A stretch of DNA of 39,985 nt from Nemertoderma westbladi (lineage: Eukaryota; Animalia; Xenacoelomorpha), in the NCBI GenBank assembly GCA_032718475.1, contig JAUCBJ010008044.1:1-39985 (forward strand), in the 5' to 3' direction. The notes below the pieces were generated by a model, which was not told the origin of the DNA, ran no database searches, and saw only the letters and a program-made list of their open reading frames with translations. The translations under genes were made by a program, and so were the position numbers. Of this stretch, positions 1-12,575 are shown one piece after another. The stretch's first letter is position 1, and each line of letters opens with the position of its first letter.

Positions 1-246
1 TTGATGACTTAAAGTTAATCTGCCTATTACCCAAGAGCGATTTTATTCGTTGCACTAAAACTTTCTGAAGTCGAGTGAAATACATTTTTTTCCATCATTT
101 CCATCTGCTGGTGGATGAATGAGTGGTTTCATTATACATCGATGGGCACAACTTATTCAGTTGGCGGTTCTACAAATCCACTCTTATCAGCTAATTTGAA
201 GCAAATGTTTAAGTAAGACCAAAAATGACCAAGAATAAGTAATAAA

Positions 247-280
247 TACACATATACATATACATACATACATACATATA
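247..280. repeat. (TACA)n-type microsatellite
   Basis: Run of tacata/taca units. Confidence 0.8.
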
Positions 281-642
281 TTGCGGCTTTTTTCAACGTC
301 TAAATGTGAAATTTATAAACACCGGTCCGAAAGGATTGTAAAAGTTGTACTAGGCTTAATATGTTTAATGGTTTTTAATAGTGCATACTGTTGGTGCTGA
401 TCAGGCCTACTGGGCTGACAGCTACAGGCAGCACCACATTACTGACTGCCATAGTGGTATAAGGATCTAAGGACCCTGATCTGAACTTATGTGAACCTGA
501 TATGTGAAAGATATATATATAAATCATTGTAAATCACTTTCCATCATGAATTACAATATATGCGAATAATAATTATAATATTCAATAAAAATATTAGATT
601 CAAATAAATATTAGCCATGATGGAACATGATGGGTTTCTTAC

Positions 643-863
643 CTTAATTTATGGTCTTTAAAAAAAGCGTAAATTACCAATGAGTTTCCCAGTGTCGTGA
701 ATAGACTCAGTATTGACATTAGACACCCCAGTATGATAGTAACTGGTAGAGACCATTTCCATTTGTGGAAATCAACAACATCCGAAATTGATGAATTTGA
801 TAAAGTATAGTTCAATTCAAGGAAGTTATTATCACTCAATGATAATACTGTCGGTACAGCCAT
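643..863 (-). CDS. First coding exon of a rhodopsin-like (class A) GPCR, probably aminergic-type (N-terminus, TM1, ICL1)
   Basis: MAVPTV... has N-glycosylation sequons NYT and NSS, then a hydrophobic TM1 ending ...SLFTTLGNSLVIYAFFKDHKLR (GN motif and KLR of ICL1). A strong donor AG|GTAAGA follows 643. A polypyrimidine acceptor (ttatttactttttcag) precedes 871, so the exon is 643-871 with ATG at 863. The rest of the gene lies to the left and was not identified in the window. Confidence 0.85.
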
Positions 864-1375
864 TACCTTATCTGAAAAAGTAAATAACAGAGTTAACAAG
901 TTAGGACAGAAATAATAGAAAATTACAAAGTAAACCCGTAAATATTATCATTAAATAAGTCATCCAACCCAATGCTATATCATAATATAATATTAATTAA
1001 AAATCAAGAATATAACTGTAGGGTGTGAACCAGGTGTATCCAATACAGAATAATGGATTAAATAAAAATCAACTGACGTTCAATCACTTCAAAAATGTTT
1101 TTATTTTTTGTGAGCTATCGATAATTCGTTTTCAAATATAGGCGATATTAAATCAAATGTAGAAAATAGTTAAAAAAGAAAATCAAATGTTGCTGACTGA
1201 ATGAACCGTACTGCTCCGTATGTATAACCCGGCACTCCTGTGGTTTGTTTTTTGATTTAATACTAAAACTTTAAAACCTATGAGATACAAACTTTACATA
1301 ATAAGCAAACAGATTTATCATCTGTACCAGAAAGCAAGATTCAACTTCTATACTGCAAAGATTCCTCATGGTGAA

Positions 1376-1731
1376 CATCCCAAGTACAATGCACACATCT
1401 CCAACCAGACACTATATAACATAGGAGGTGTCTCATTGGTTCCCCCAAGTTTGACACTAGTACAAAGTCGCATCCGCTTTGCAGGACATTGCTTTCGCAG
1501 TGAGGACCTGCCAGGGTATAATCGTGTGCTTTGGCGGCCTCATGGAGTGAATAAGCATGGTGGACAGCCCATGACTTTCTTGAGACGCATCTTAAAGGAC
1601 ACTGGCCTTGAAGATGCGTATGATCTAGCAAATGTCATGGGTGATAGGGAGTTGTGGCGGCGCAATTTTGTCGACAAGCCGGCACAGCATTCTTAAAATG
1701 CAACTGCAATTCAGCAAGCCGATCCGAGTAG
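1376..1731 (+). mobile_element. 5'-truncated RTE-clade LINE (3' end) with 13-bp target-site duplication
   Basis: HISNQTLY...RIRFAGHCFRS...LWRPHG...GGQPMTF...DTGL...MGDRELWR matches the RTE C-terminus. Flanked by the direct repeat TCCTCATGGTGAA at 1363-1375 and 1732-1744. Confidence 0.8.
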
Positions 1732-3041
1732 TCCTCATGGTGAAAGTTAAAGTAGTGGTATATTTTCTTAACCAAATCAATATATTATTTTGAAACATTA
1801 GAACAAACCCATATTTTTTACGCATATTCTATCATCAGTAACCCCCTCCAAGTAAATTTACCCTGGAGGCTAATAACTATTACGCTGGGCCTATGTAATA
1901 ATTTTAAGTTAAATATTGTACAGAGCTTATCTAGCTGGTCGAAGTTGCCAATCCCATTAATACCACTATTGGGTTCCCCGTCCATTTGTGATTGACAGAA
2001 ATTTGGGGGAGAAAAATTTATGAATTCCCATAGTATGATATCCGCGTATTCATTCTCAAAGAAAGATTATTTCCAGGGCGTCGTTTTGTGGGCTGAACAA
2101 ATACAAACATTTAGCAATCAGGAATTTAATATCAAAGCATGGCGATTTACTGCGCATTCGATTTCAAACTTTGCATTAACTTTAATACCCAAATTGATTA
2201 ATTAAGTCGAGATGAATTATTCCGAAAACCGCTTCAATGAAGTTAAGTTTTGAGATCCTAAAGTGATTTGGAGGATAACTAAAGTGTCCTTGACTTAGGG
2301 AAAATAAATTGAGATGCATTATTGTAAGCCAAAAAAAAAGAATTTTCGAAAATTATTGTTGCTTTTTACTGTAGCCCGAGAGAGGCGAACTGTAGCCTTG
2401 GAGGCGAACAACAATGATAAGAAGAAAACCTCTCGTTTTGTCTGTAGGGGCTTTTTGAAGCGAAACTTCAAAGATGAAAAAGTCTGTAATAATATGTGGA
2501 AATAAAACGACAGTGCATGTGATTGATCATTGAACATAATTACTCAAACCAAATGATTTATTATGTTAATAAATACTACTATAATCGGCCTACTACAATG
2601 AAACTGCACATTGAGATGCTATGCCAGCTTAACATATATCTAGAAGATGTATCTCTCATTCTCTAGAAACAGAGTACCGTAGTGTACCGTACCGTAGTCG
2701 CTGAGTATCTGCTGGTATGGGGCGAGCCATGTAGTGTGGCGAGTTCGTATCACTACACTTAACATTGGGTATTTATTTTAACATTTGTGATAGTTTTGTG
2801 TTTGTATGTACTCTATATTCTTGTATATGTATTTTGAGACTAACTTCACAGATTTATATTTATCACTTGTGCTATTTTTGGGTTTGTTTATCTTCACTAT
2901 GTACTCTTTATTCTATTCTATGTTTTGCTTCTTGTCCAAAGACCCTTATTGGGGTATATGGAGCTTTAATAAAATAAACTAAAAAAAACTATTTTGTCAC
3001 CATCATGCAATCCACAATTGGCAAGCCAAATATAGCGTGAA

Positions 3042-3612
3042 TTAAGAATGCTATGCCGGCTTATCAACGAAGTTGAACCGGCACAACTCCCTATCCACCA
3101 TGACATTCGCGAGATTATCCGCATCATCAAGGCCAGTAGGAGGCGTCTCACGAAAGTCATGAGCTGTCCACCATGCTTATTTTCTTCATGGGACTTCCAA
3201 AGATCAAGATTGTGCACAGGATGGTCCTAACAACGGCGAGAACAATGACCTGCAAAGCGGGGGAGGCTTTGTTCTAGTGTCAAGCTTGGGGGAACCAATG
3301 AGACACCTCCAATGTTATATAGTGTCTGGTTGGAGATGTGTGCATTGTAATTTACACAGTGAACACAACCTAGCATTCTTGTGAATGTGCCATCCAGAGA
3401 TTTGATGTCCTCAGTAGTGTGAGCCCAGCATGGACTCCCGTAGAGGAGTACTGGAACTACTGCTGCTCTAAAAAATCGGAACTTATGTTTACTATGAACT
3501 GTTGTCTTTCAAATCCTGGAAAGCCTATTCAATGCTGCCCATGCCTTTCCCTTACGTATTCGAAGGTCGTCACCTGACAACCGGATCCATGATTCCAGGT
3601 AACAGAAGTCGT
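3042..3612 (-). mobile_element. Degenerate RTE-clade LINE fragment (same family as 1376-1731)
   Basis: Minus strand reads DFCYLESWI...DLRIRKGKAWAALNRLSRI*...FRFFRAAVVPVLLYGSPCWA...LDGTFTRML (RT thumb region, with an in-frame stop). 3042-3349 is an inverted homologue of 1385-1696. Confidence 0.85.
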
Positions 3613-4141
3613 ACTCAAACTCAACACATGCTCAAGCATACCAGAACATATATCTTAGTCAACCACAATTATGAATAAGAATGGTCCAAGGGTGTCTCAC
3701 TGGAGGACTTTCCATAACACTTCGAATGGTTCTGTGTCACCATGCATGTTAATAAATACTAAAGTACTATACAGCAAAACTCTGCGCATAAAAGTACTAA
3801 TTTCTTACCCACCCTCAGCAAAATGCTCCAATAAAATGATAAACTAATTATTGTCTGTTCGAGAATGGAATATAATACCTGAAACAAATTTATCCGCATA
3901 ACTTCTGATTATATCTAATCGAAGTATAACTAATCGAGTTAATCAGTATTGATTAATCAGTACATACTTCAATACCAGTACTTCCATAACCCTAATACCA
4001 GTATACTGCAGTACTGTAATACAATAATAGACGAGGCTGTACGCGCTGTGTTGAGTTTGATAGGACTGTTATTATAAATAGGGCTTCTTTATTTCTTTCT
4101 TTCTTTGTTTTCTTGTTATTGTTTCATTGTTTGCAACTAAC

Positions 4142-4545
4142 ATGGCTTCTGATAGTACTAATATAGTATTGTACTGGAGTTCAGGGAGTCCACCATGTTG
4201 GAGAGCATTGATATCTCTGTTCGAGAAACAGTTGGGCGGGTTTGAATCCAACCTCAATGAATTCTCCAAGAGAGGCCACAGGTCGCCGGAGGTACTTGCC
4301 CTGAACCCCAGGGGACAAGTCCCGACATTCCGGCATGGGGACACCATAGTTAACGAATCGGTGGCCATTTGTTTTTACCTCGAGAACGTTTTTAAGAATC
4401 AAGGAACCAAACTATTACCCGAGTATCACAAGGAGATAGCAACTGTACTCCAAAGAACTCTTGAAGTTCTTTCACTTGCTATGAAAGGTCGCGCCGTCGT
4501 TTACAAACATCAGGGAATTACCGATGATGAGTTAAAGCAAACAAG
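4142..4545 (+). pseudogene. Rho-class glutathione S-transferase, N-terminal ~135 aa (truncated copy or first exon)
   Basis: LYWSSGSPPCWRALISLFEK...H+SPEVLALNPRGQVPTFRHG...NESVAICFYLE..FKNQGTKLLP...VLQR matches the GST-rho pattern (WGSGSPPCWR, NPRGQ.P.F.HG, NES). Similarity stops near 4540, where repeat DNA begins. Only a weak donor (GA|GTTAAA, 4531) is present and no C-terminal exon was recognised. Confidence 0.75.
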
Positions 4546-4559
4546 CAGGATTTTCAGAT

Positions 4560-5598
4560 TTTCTTTCTTTTCAGTTAGAACACGAAACTTTTAATTCACT
4601 TATACGATGCTATAAATTCACATTTTAGGTTTACAAAGGCGCTGATTCTAATGGAATACATTTATAATATGCCAGATCATTGCTACTTGTATTTTTCGGC
4701 GTAATTTGGCAAATTTTGGTGCTAGCAACAAATTTCGTACCCATCACCAAAAAGTACAAGTTTGCGATGTCCAGTGCTGTTTTTATTGATTCCATCGGAT
4801 TCAGGACCCTCATAAACCCGTATAACACAAGAAACAAGATGATGCTATCTACTGATCAATTTGCTTATTTCAAAAATTTGGTGCTGGCACATCAATTTTC
4901 ACCCACCGGCGAAAGATACAAGTTTGAAAACTCTTATGAAATTTTTATTGATTCCATTGAATTCAGAACCTTCACAAAACCGTATAACGCAAGATTAATT
5001 GATATATTTGGTGGTTTTCATAATTTGGTGCTAGCATCACATTTTGCACCCACTTCCGAAAAATACAAGTTTGAGATGTCTAGTTCGATAATTATCTATT
5101 CCATTGAATTTAGAACAGCCATAAACCTTTAAAACGCAAGAAATAAATTTTCACAAGCAATTTTATCTTTTGAATGGATTTTCAAAATTTCGTGCTAGCA
5201 CCAAAATTTGCACACAGCACCGAAAATTACAAGTTTGATATGCTTGGTGCAACTCGTATATATCCCATCGAAACCAGAACCCAAAAAACCAATTGCTAAC
5301 ACCAAAAAGCCGGTGTAAATCAAAAATAGAAATGGTACATATCATATTTATGAAATGTGATTTGCAAAAAACGTCTCAAAAAAAAGTGCCAAAAGTAGGG
5401 TTAAGAAATGGTGCTATAACTCGAGAATTACCCAATATTTTTGAAAACGGTTTTCACTACTAGGAAGACAATAGATTTTTAGCAAAAGTCATAAAATTTC
5501 AGATTCCAAACTGCGTTTGTTTCAGAATTATAATAAAAAAACCACGGGATTGGGTCATTTTGACCCCCCCCCCCCCCCCCCCCCCGGGTTTAATAGGG
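4560..5598. mobile_element. Partial non-autonomous DNA transposon with a piggyBac-like right end and ~150-160-bp internal repeats
   Basis: Three degenerate direct repeats (ttggtgctagca...tacaagtttg...attgattccat) near 4716, 4878 and 5025, plus an inverted copy near 5193. Ends gggtcattttgacc(C)n gggtttaataggg-taa. No matching left end was found. Confidence 0.5.
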
Positions 5599-8244
5599 TA
5601 AGTGATTTGTTGGTACTAGAGGAAAGCTGGGGCGTGCAAGGATTCCAAATATGTAATATTTGAATTTGGTGCAACGGTGCTATACGGAGAGTAACGGATA
5701 GTTAGTTATACGGTTATTCGAATGTTGCATAAGTGATTAAATAATAAACATATATTTGTTTCAACAAATAATAACCATAAAAAAAATGAGATAAGGTCAG
5801 TTAGGCCGAAACGTACGTACAGCGCTAGTTAAAAACCCGGCGACGTGCTTCCCATTTTTTCAATTTCTGAACAAAACAATATTGATCTGTGGTGGCTGGA
5901 GGATGGCGCCTCTTTGGCCTGCCCACACCTCCGTAAATCACTCAGTTCCGATGGTACATTACTGCACAAACTGGCGTAAGGGGAAAAAACCACAATAATT
6001 TTTCGCCTTTATGCCGTATTAGTTTTTTAGATTTTATTGACAAATTTGATGGTGGTCTTAAAGTTGTATTATATATGAATAATGCTCATCGGTAAAGAAA
6101 AATTAGGCTAAATTTAAAAAAATCAATAGTTGTTATTTTTGTTGTATATATAATATTTACGGTAATTAATTATTACAAAAAAAATATATTGTTTTGTCAT
6201 TCATTATTATGACAAACAAAAAAGCATGGTGCAACTTAACAAATTGATCACTTTAATATTATTAAACACATGTTAACACATATTAAAATTAAAAAATTAA
6301 ACACATATTAAACACAATTTTTAAACACATGTAGATATATCGCCGTTTATAAATTTGAAATCGGTGCTCTTCCCATTGGAGTAATAGTTGAACTCACCAA
6401 CAGATCACTCACCCCTTCCCCAGAGCACCTACAAACGTATATGTTTTGTTTTTGTAAATAAATTTAGCCATGCAGTACACAATTCCTTCACCTCATTAGA
6501 GAATAATTACTAAGTACATTTTGTGGAATAAATCATCATGTAATTAAATTACACTGTAAAAACCATAGTGGGGATATCAAATAACAAATATAGGGCGTTT
6601 CTCAATTTTCCTCATAAATAGTGTGTTTTGACCAGGGGGGTTAAGTCTAAGGAGGTTTTTGTATGCCGAACTTTGGCAACGTAAAATAAAAAATCAATAA
6701 GGTATGTTATAGTTATATGGTGAATTTGTTGTCCTAGTGATTGGTTGCATTAGTAGGGCCTACCCCTACTCGGAAAGGAAACCATTGAAAAAATTTAATC
6801 CAAGAAAAGGTTTGTTATTTACAGATTCATAACATGTCCATTGCACGTGCTTCTCAAATAATGCCCACAAACAGGAAAGAGTAGAGTATGCCCCTAACCC
6901 TTGTGTTTTTGCAGAGTATTCCCTTTTTAAACAGTTGATATCCTCAGGATGTAAGTAAGTGCAAAATCTGCAGCAGGGTAAACAAATCTTGATTAAAATC
7001 CCATCCCACCCCATTATAAGTTCTATCGAAGGGAAATATCCCAAGGCCACTTAAACGAAACAACTCAAGAAAACTAAGGAACCTCATATGAAACATAGAT
7101 TAATCCTATAAGAAACAGTTCTTCATAGCCTTTGGAAAAGAATCCATAGTTTTTTCCAATTAATCTCCTGAAATTAAAAAGCAGCCTCTTCACTTTGCAA
7201 AGTATGTTTCTTCACTAAATGTCACTTCATGAGCACATCTCATGGCTCTAGCATTACATCGTGTTCTCTAGGGAAATTATTTCCTAATTAATCTTAGATA
7301 TACGATCCAAAAGACAAAAATCTATAAGCATTTATGTAATTCCTTAAAGACGAACTGCCATTTGTGTATAGGTGTGGTTATTCAACCTACAGATTATGTC
7401 GGATCATGCTGCTTGTTACATTAATCTTCACCTTCATACCATACATAATCACATACATAATTGAACAGAAAATAGCAACAATATTCAGACTACAATACAA
7501 TAATCCCAACAATCAAACTCCTAAAGTTAAATCGTATTATGCTAATCTTTCTATAGCAAAGTCGGATACTTATCAATGGACAAACACGCAATAGTAATGT
7601 TGACGGACTGGAGTTGTTTATATCTGGTAATGAGGTAGTGGTATGTGTCCAGGCCATTCCAACACTTACAATAGAATCAACAGCACCCTTGAAAACTTAT
7701 ATATCTATAAAAATATAGTATGTCGGCATGATTTTCAAATATTTGTGTGACTTGCCTACCCAATGTTCCACAAAGTGGAACTACTATACAAGCAGTTTAG
7801 GCCATTCGAAACATTTTGACAATAAAATCAGCTAATCCCGCCTTCCATTAAATAACTATCACTATTACTGAGACTACCTGAACCTTACGACCATTTTTGT
7901 GATTTAAGGAAATTAAATTTGCTGTGAAGTGTGTAGAGAAACTTTACATATTTTCATTCATAACACATGTATCGTATATTATATATCATATTGTCTGATT
8001 TTACCGTTATATTTCCATTACATGAATTCCGCAAACAAAGTACCTCTATTTCAAGGAATGAAGACTAAATGAGATTTAGTTCAAAATAGTAATAACCCAT
8101 TGTTTTTTTTGTGTTTTTTCTAAAGTGTTATTTCGAAAGTTGTTCAAAAGTTCGAGAAAAGGATTTTATTTGAAAAGGATCTTCTTCTCACTAATATTTT
8201 TTAAATGGAGTTAATTAATCTAACTTTTTTTCACTAATTACCCG

Positions 8245-8345
8245 AAATTAGTTTAAAAAAGTCTTTTTTTAACTAATTTTTGTGGAAAATTAGTTTAAAA
8301 AAGTCTTTTTTAAACTAATTTTTGTGGAAAATTAGTTTAAAAAAT
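8245..8345. repeat. ~42-bp tandem repeat of a palindromic unit (about 2.4 copies)
   Basis: AAAATTAGTTTAAAAAAG-T-CTTTTTTAAACTAATTTT (8286-8322) is a perfect inverted repeat. Units start at ~8245, 8287 and 8329. Confidence 0.8.
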
Positions 8346-9664
8346 TATTCTTTTGACTAATTTTAGCTTACTGAACAACTAGCTCACGTCACACAGCATT
8401 CCTTAGTACAGTACCGGTACCGGTACTTGTACACGGTAACACAGAAGGCCTAGTACTGTCTGACTGCACAGTACTATCTGACTGCAATTGGTGCCACCTG
8501 TCACAGATGTCATAGATAGACCTGTCTCATCCTCAGATCGTACTGAATGGCTGTTAGCAGTACCGGTAGTACTGTAGGCCTAAATATAATTTTCAAATGG
8601 TTCGAATCTATAGAGTTGCAGTAACGTACCTGAAAGTTTCCACAGCGTGAACTAGGTGAAAAAGCTTAACATTTTATCGGGTTTCAAAAGGTTGAAATGT
8701 TCCACAGAGTAAAAGATTTCACATGATAAAATGCTCCACATGCCTAATAATTTCACAGGGTAAATGATTTGAAGTTACGGTATATTCAGTACAACATGTT
8801 CAGTATTATTATTATTATAAATTATCAACATCTATGTGCAGTAAATACTATAGGTATAGTTGTTAATAATTAATATTATTGTAATTAATTATCACGAGAA
8901 TTGAACAGCCCAGTCCCACCCACTGATAGTGATCTAATACAAAAAAATAAACATAGTCAATGCTCTTTTTTTGCTTGTAGTGTACATACAAATGTAGGCC
9001 TAGTTTAGAGTGGCTCCAAACGTCTTAAGGTGGTGAGTGAGCTGACAAATTTGAGTATGGAGCATTGATGGGTGTGAAGATTCAATGTGGGTTGTTTGAT
9101 TATACATAGTAGGTTCCAGTATAAATACTGTAATTAAACATTGTTATTATTCCTACCTGCTTTAATCAGTCTCTTCAGTTGTTCGTATCTTCTTCCAACA
9201 ATTAATTTCCTGTAACAATATACCGATTGAAGAATGAATAATTATTTATTTGCAATGTTATAGGTGAGTGGGAATATATATACGACAGCAGAGGCCGGGG
9301 AACAGTAACTGGCATGTGATTGGATAATAAATGATTATATATTATAATGCATCATCTTGAAGATTCAACTACAACTGGTGCCTACCATATGGATGGATGT
9401 TTGGTATTTTAGAGTTAGAATTTGGATGAGGCTCTGTCTACCTGCCATACAACATTAGCATTTCAGAACACTGAATAAGATAACATGGCCTTAAATTACG
9501 TGCCCATTACGAATTTTCAAAGGGGAATTATTTATTTAATGGGTATTTATAATTCAAAACTGCTGACATTTGAAAGTGCATACAAGTCAATCCTAAACGA
9601 AAGGAACAGGTTACAGTGGAAGGCTACTACTAGGTTGAGCACAAAAGTAATCGGACAATGGAAA

Positions 9665-10185
9665 TGAGATCCTCCCAGGCTTCCTGATTCTCTATAGTTG
9701 TCGCAATTTCTTTTCTCCAAAGTTCAGGTCCCACATTGGTCTAGTGGTTATATTTGAATTTACATCTCACGGAGGTCGTGGGTTCAGGCCAGGGCAGGTC
9801 TCGTTTCCGCAAGCATGCTTTTACTGGACTAGCCAGGGCGCATCTCTGCAATGCATCCTTAAGTAGTACTGGAGTTTCCTCTTGGGTGTATAGTTATGGA
9901 GGGGCAGCACTGGAAATAAGACAATGTGCGTAATCTGCCCTAACGGCCGATGAAAATTTACTTTACTTTTACAGTATCCCCTTCAAGTTCGTTTATGTCA
10001 AAGGCGGTCGTCCATGGCAACATGTACCTTGTGTTGGTTGCAATAAAAAAAACTGTTATGACTTCATGTTGACTTCTCCAGTAATGCCACTTAATCGTAG
10101 TCTGCGTTCATGCAGAGTAGTTGATAAAGGTGGTATTGTAACACCATAAAGATCTGCGATTGTCAAATGTTCTCTAGCTGAAGTT
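9665..10185 (-). mobile_element. Old RTE-clade LINE 3' fragment, split by a SINE
   Basis: Minus strand reads EHLTIADLYGVTIPPLSTTLHERRLRL/GHYWRS...LLQPTQG..HGRPPLT...DT (9973-10185) and continues IATTIENQEAWEDL at ~9665-9710. Frameshifted. Confidence 0.65.
9727..9972 (+). mobile_element. tRNA-derived SINE (~245 bp)
   Basis: A box TGGTCTAGTGG (9737-9747), B-box-like GGTTCAGGCC (9781), and a 3' (TTTAC)n tail. A second copy of the head lies at 33264-33320. Confidence 0.7.
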
Positions 10186-10398
10186 TAGTGCTGACCTTCA
10201 CTATTGGTGTCGGTTGTCGAAATAGTGTTTAATTAGTTTAATTTAATTAGATAGAGTTACAGCCACTTTAAGTGAAATCACCTGCCACATGAAATTCGAT
10301 ATGAGTAAACATATCATATGAGTACATATCGATATGAGTACAGCGAAAATAATAATACTCACTCATTCATGAGCACATGTAATGTATGAACACAGTGT

Positions 10399-11463
10399 AT
10401 GACCCGTAATATAGTGTCATTTTCTGATGATACGGACCCCCCCCCCCCCCCCCCCCCCCCCCCCTTTATGGTTGTTACCATAAAGCCGGAATTCATTGAG
10501 AGACAGCTGAGATATAGGCGTTTAAATTTTGCAAGAATTATTGTTCGCAGCAGGCCATTTATTCTATTTAATAAATTCACAATTATTCTGGAACAATTTG
10601 TTTATGTATGATTAGCTACGCAATATATTATATTGTTATATTGTTATATTATATATATTGTATAGGTAATCAGAAATTTCTTCAGCGGAGACTGAGGGAT
10701 CCAATCTGCCTATGTGTATGTGGGCTTACAACACATAACACATAACCGCGTGCGACCTCACACGGTTTTCACCACCTCGTCTGCAAAAACTCAACCCCAT
10801 TTCACACGCTCTCCCCCGAATGCCACTGCCGATACTGTAACTCAATTCGCGACCGATACCACGCGCTCAGCTGCCCCCAGTGCCCAGCCCATCTCTTGCC
10901 TTTCTCGCCTCAAATTAACTCATCTGAATTATCTGTGTATTGCCCATGTTACCGTACAATATTTCAATTTTACCCCGCGTCGGGGTGTATATTATAATAT
11001 TATATATCGTATAGGCATAACGCTGTTGCCCACCAACTCATAAAATAAATAACACGTTCTAGAATTTTGTGTATTTATTAAATAGAATAAATGGCCTGCA
11101 GTAAACAATAATTCTTGCAAAATTTAAACGCCTATTTCTCAGCTGTTTCTCAATGAAATTCAGATATTGTTACATATTTGGAATCCTTACAAGGCATCAA
11201 GCTTTCTATTGATTGATTACGAATAATGTTAAGAATGGCATTGATACGGATGGTGCGATTTCGCAAAAGACACTTTTTTAAAACGCTTATAGAAAAAATG
11301 TAAAAGCGAAATCAAAATTCCTGCTTCATTGGGTCATCAACGGTGAGTGGAACTAGTTGTGTTTCAAATTTCAAGCAATATGATAAAGATTTGTAGAAAA
11401 ATTTGGGTGGGGGGGGGGGGGGGGGGTCCGTGGCATCAGAAATGACACTATATTACGGGTCAT
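10399..11463. mobile_element. Non-autonomous DNA transposon with long TIRs (left arm partly deleted)
   Basis: ATGACCCGTAATATAGTGTCATTT-CTGATG...GGAC(C)n is mirrored at 11409-11463. A second inverted pair is 10493-10594 vs 11055-11156. No convincing TSD. Related sequence occurs at ~5603-5665 and 32790-33212. Confidence 0.8.
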
Positions 11464-12461
11464 GGTGTATAAAGATAACATACTTGCTGAGATAGAACAT
11501 ATTACTGAGCGTCTTAATTGATTTTGCACTTTCGGTGACTTTCGAGGTGCATTAGTAGGGATTTCTAAGAAAAGGTATAAATTAAGGTCACAAATAATCT
11601 CTCACGTTCTATGAGATGATGTCGGATTAAAGAAATAACACCCCAGGCAAATGTGAGACATCAACTCAGTTTAATTTATTATGAAACGTGTGGTGGGAGT
11701 TTTTGTTGCTCCTGTATCTGATTCATCCTATACCACTACTGTATAGTGTATATCTATAACTGAACCGAACCTTAATATTCCATGTGTAATACAATAATCT
11801 TGTGGGTATTACTGTATTACATTCAGGGATACTCTCTGAACCTTCCGCATCTCCCTTGCAAGATTGCCATTATCGGTGGCAAATAACTGATTGGAACTGC
11901 AGTTTTTGCTTGCAACTAAACTGACTGACCGAAATTCCTAGATACTGCTTATTTATTGTAAATTGGAGATGATCTGTTTCAATTCAAATCATTGCAACTC
12001 TCAACTTTCTTCGACTTTACTTAAATACACCATAACTGGTGAATTCGACAGACAAAAGTAATTTTGTTACATAGATCTACTATAGGCCAAGCTACAGTAG
12101 TTTAGTTAGTTAGTTAGATTATTGACAAAAAAAATGATTAATTATAAACAAATCTATAAATAAATTACACACACAGAGAAATATACAATTGTACATGATT
12201 ATATATATAACTCACTCAGATAACAATTCAGAAAAAATAGTAAGTAATCTTCCTACATAGTTATTTAATATATAACCACACAAAATGGAATAATGTTAAC
12301 ACTATAATGAAAACCAAGCCTACAACAACGGCAAAGGTGAGTCCTGGTTGGTCATATATTCACAAACAAAACTTGGTTCCAATCAAAATATAGAAGTCAA
12401 TATGATGAGACACCTATAGATTTGTATAGTGCCCATTATACTTGACATAGTGAACCCGGCG

Positions 12462-12575
12462 TAGCATTCTTGCGTATGTGCTATCCATAGATTTGGAGTC
12501 CTCCAAGCAGTTAGAGCCCAGCACGGACTCCCATAGAGGACTACTGGAACTACTGCTGCCCTAAATAATCGAACT
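12462..12575 (-). mobile_element. RTE-clade LINE fragment
   Basis: Clear nucleotide similarity to 3372-3483 (gagcccagca.ggactccc.tagagga.tactggaactactgctgc). Confidence 0.75.

Noticed and set aside
4680-5132. 150-aa ORF with repeated motifs
   Set aside because: Translation of the internal repeats of a non-coding DNA element; no protein-family motifs.
5900-5940. WPAH peptide as the GST-rho C-terminus
   Set aside because: The surrounding residues do not match the RPSI..SWPP context and there is no exon structure.
6766-7340. Possible decayed coding sequence on the minus strand
   Set aside because: Only a faint IDFCLL resemblance to an endonuclease motif, with many stops; not supportable.
9727-9800. 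tRNA gene
   Set aside because: A and B boxes are present, but I could not form a cloverleaf; it continues into a body and simple-repeat tail like a SINE.
10359-10611. Poly-Gly/poly-Pro ORFs (also 22634-23014)
   Set aside because: Produced by C/G homopolymer tracts in repeat elements.
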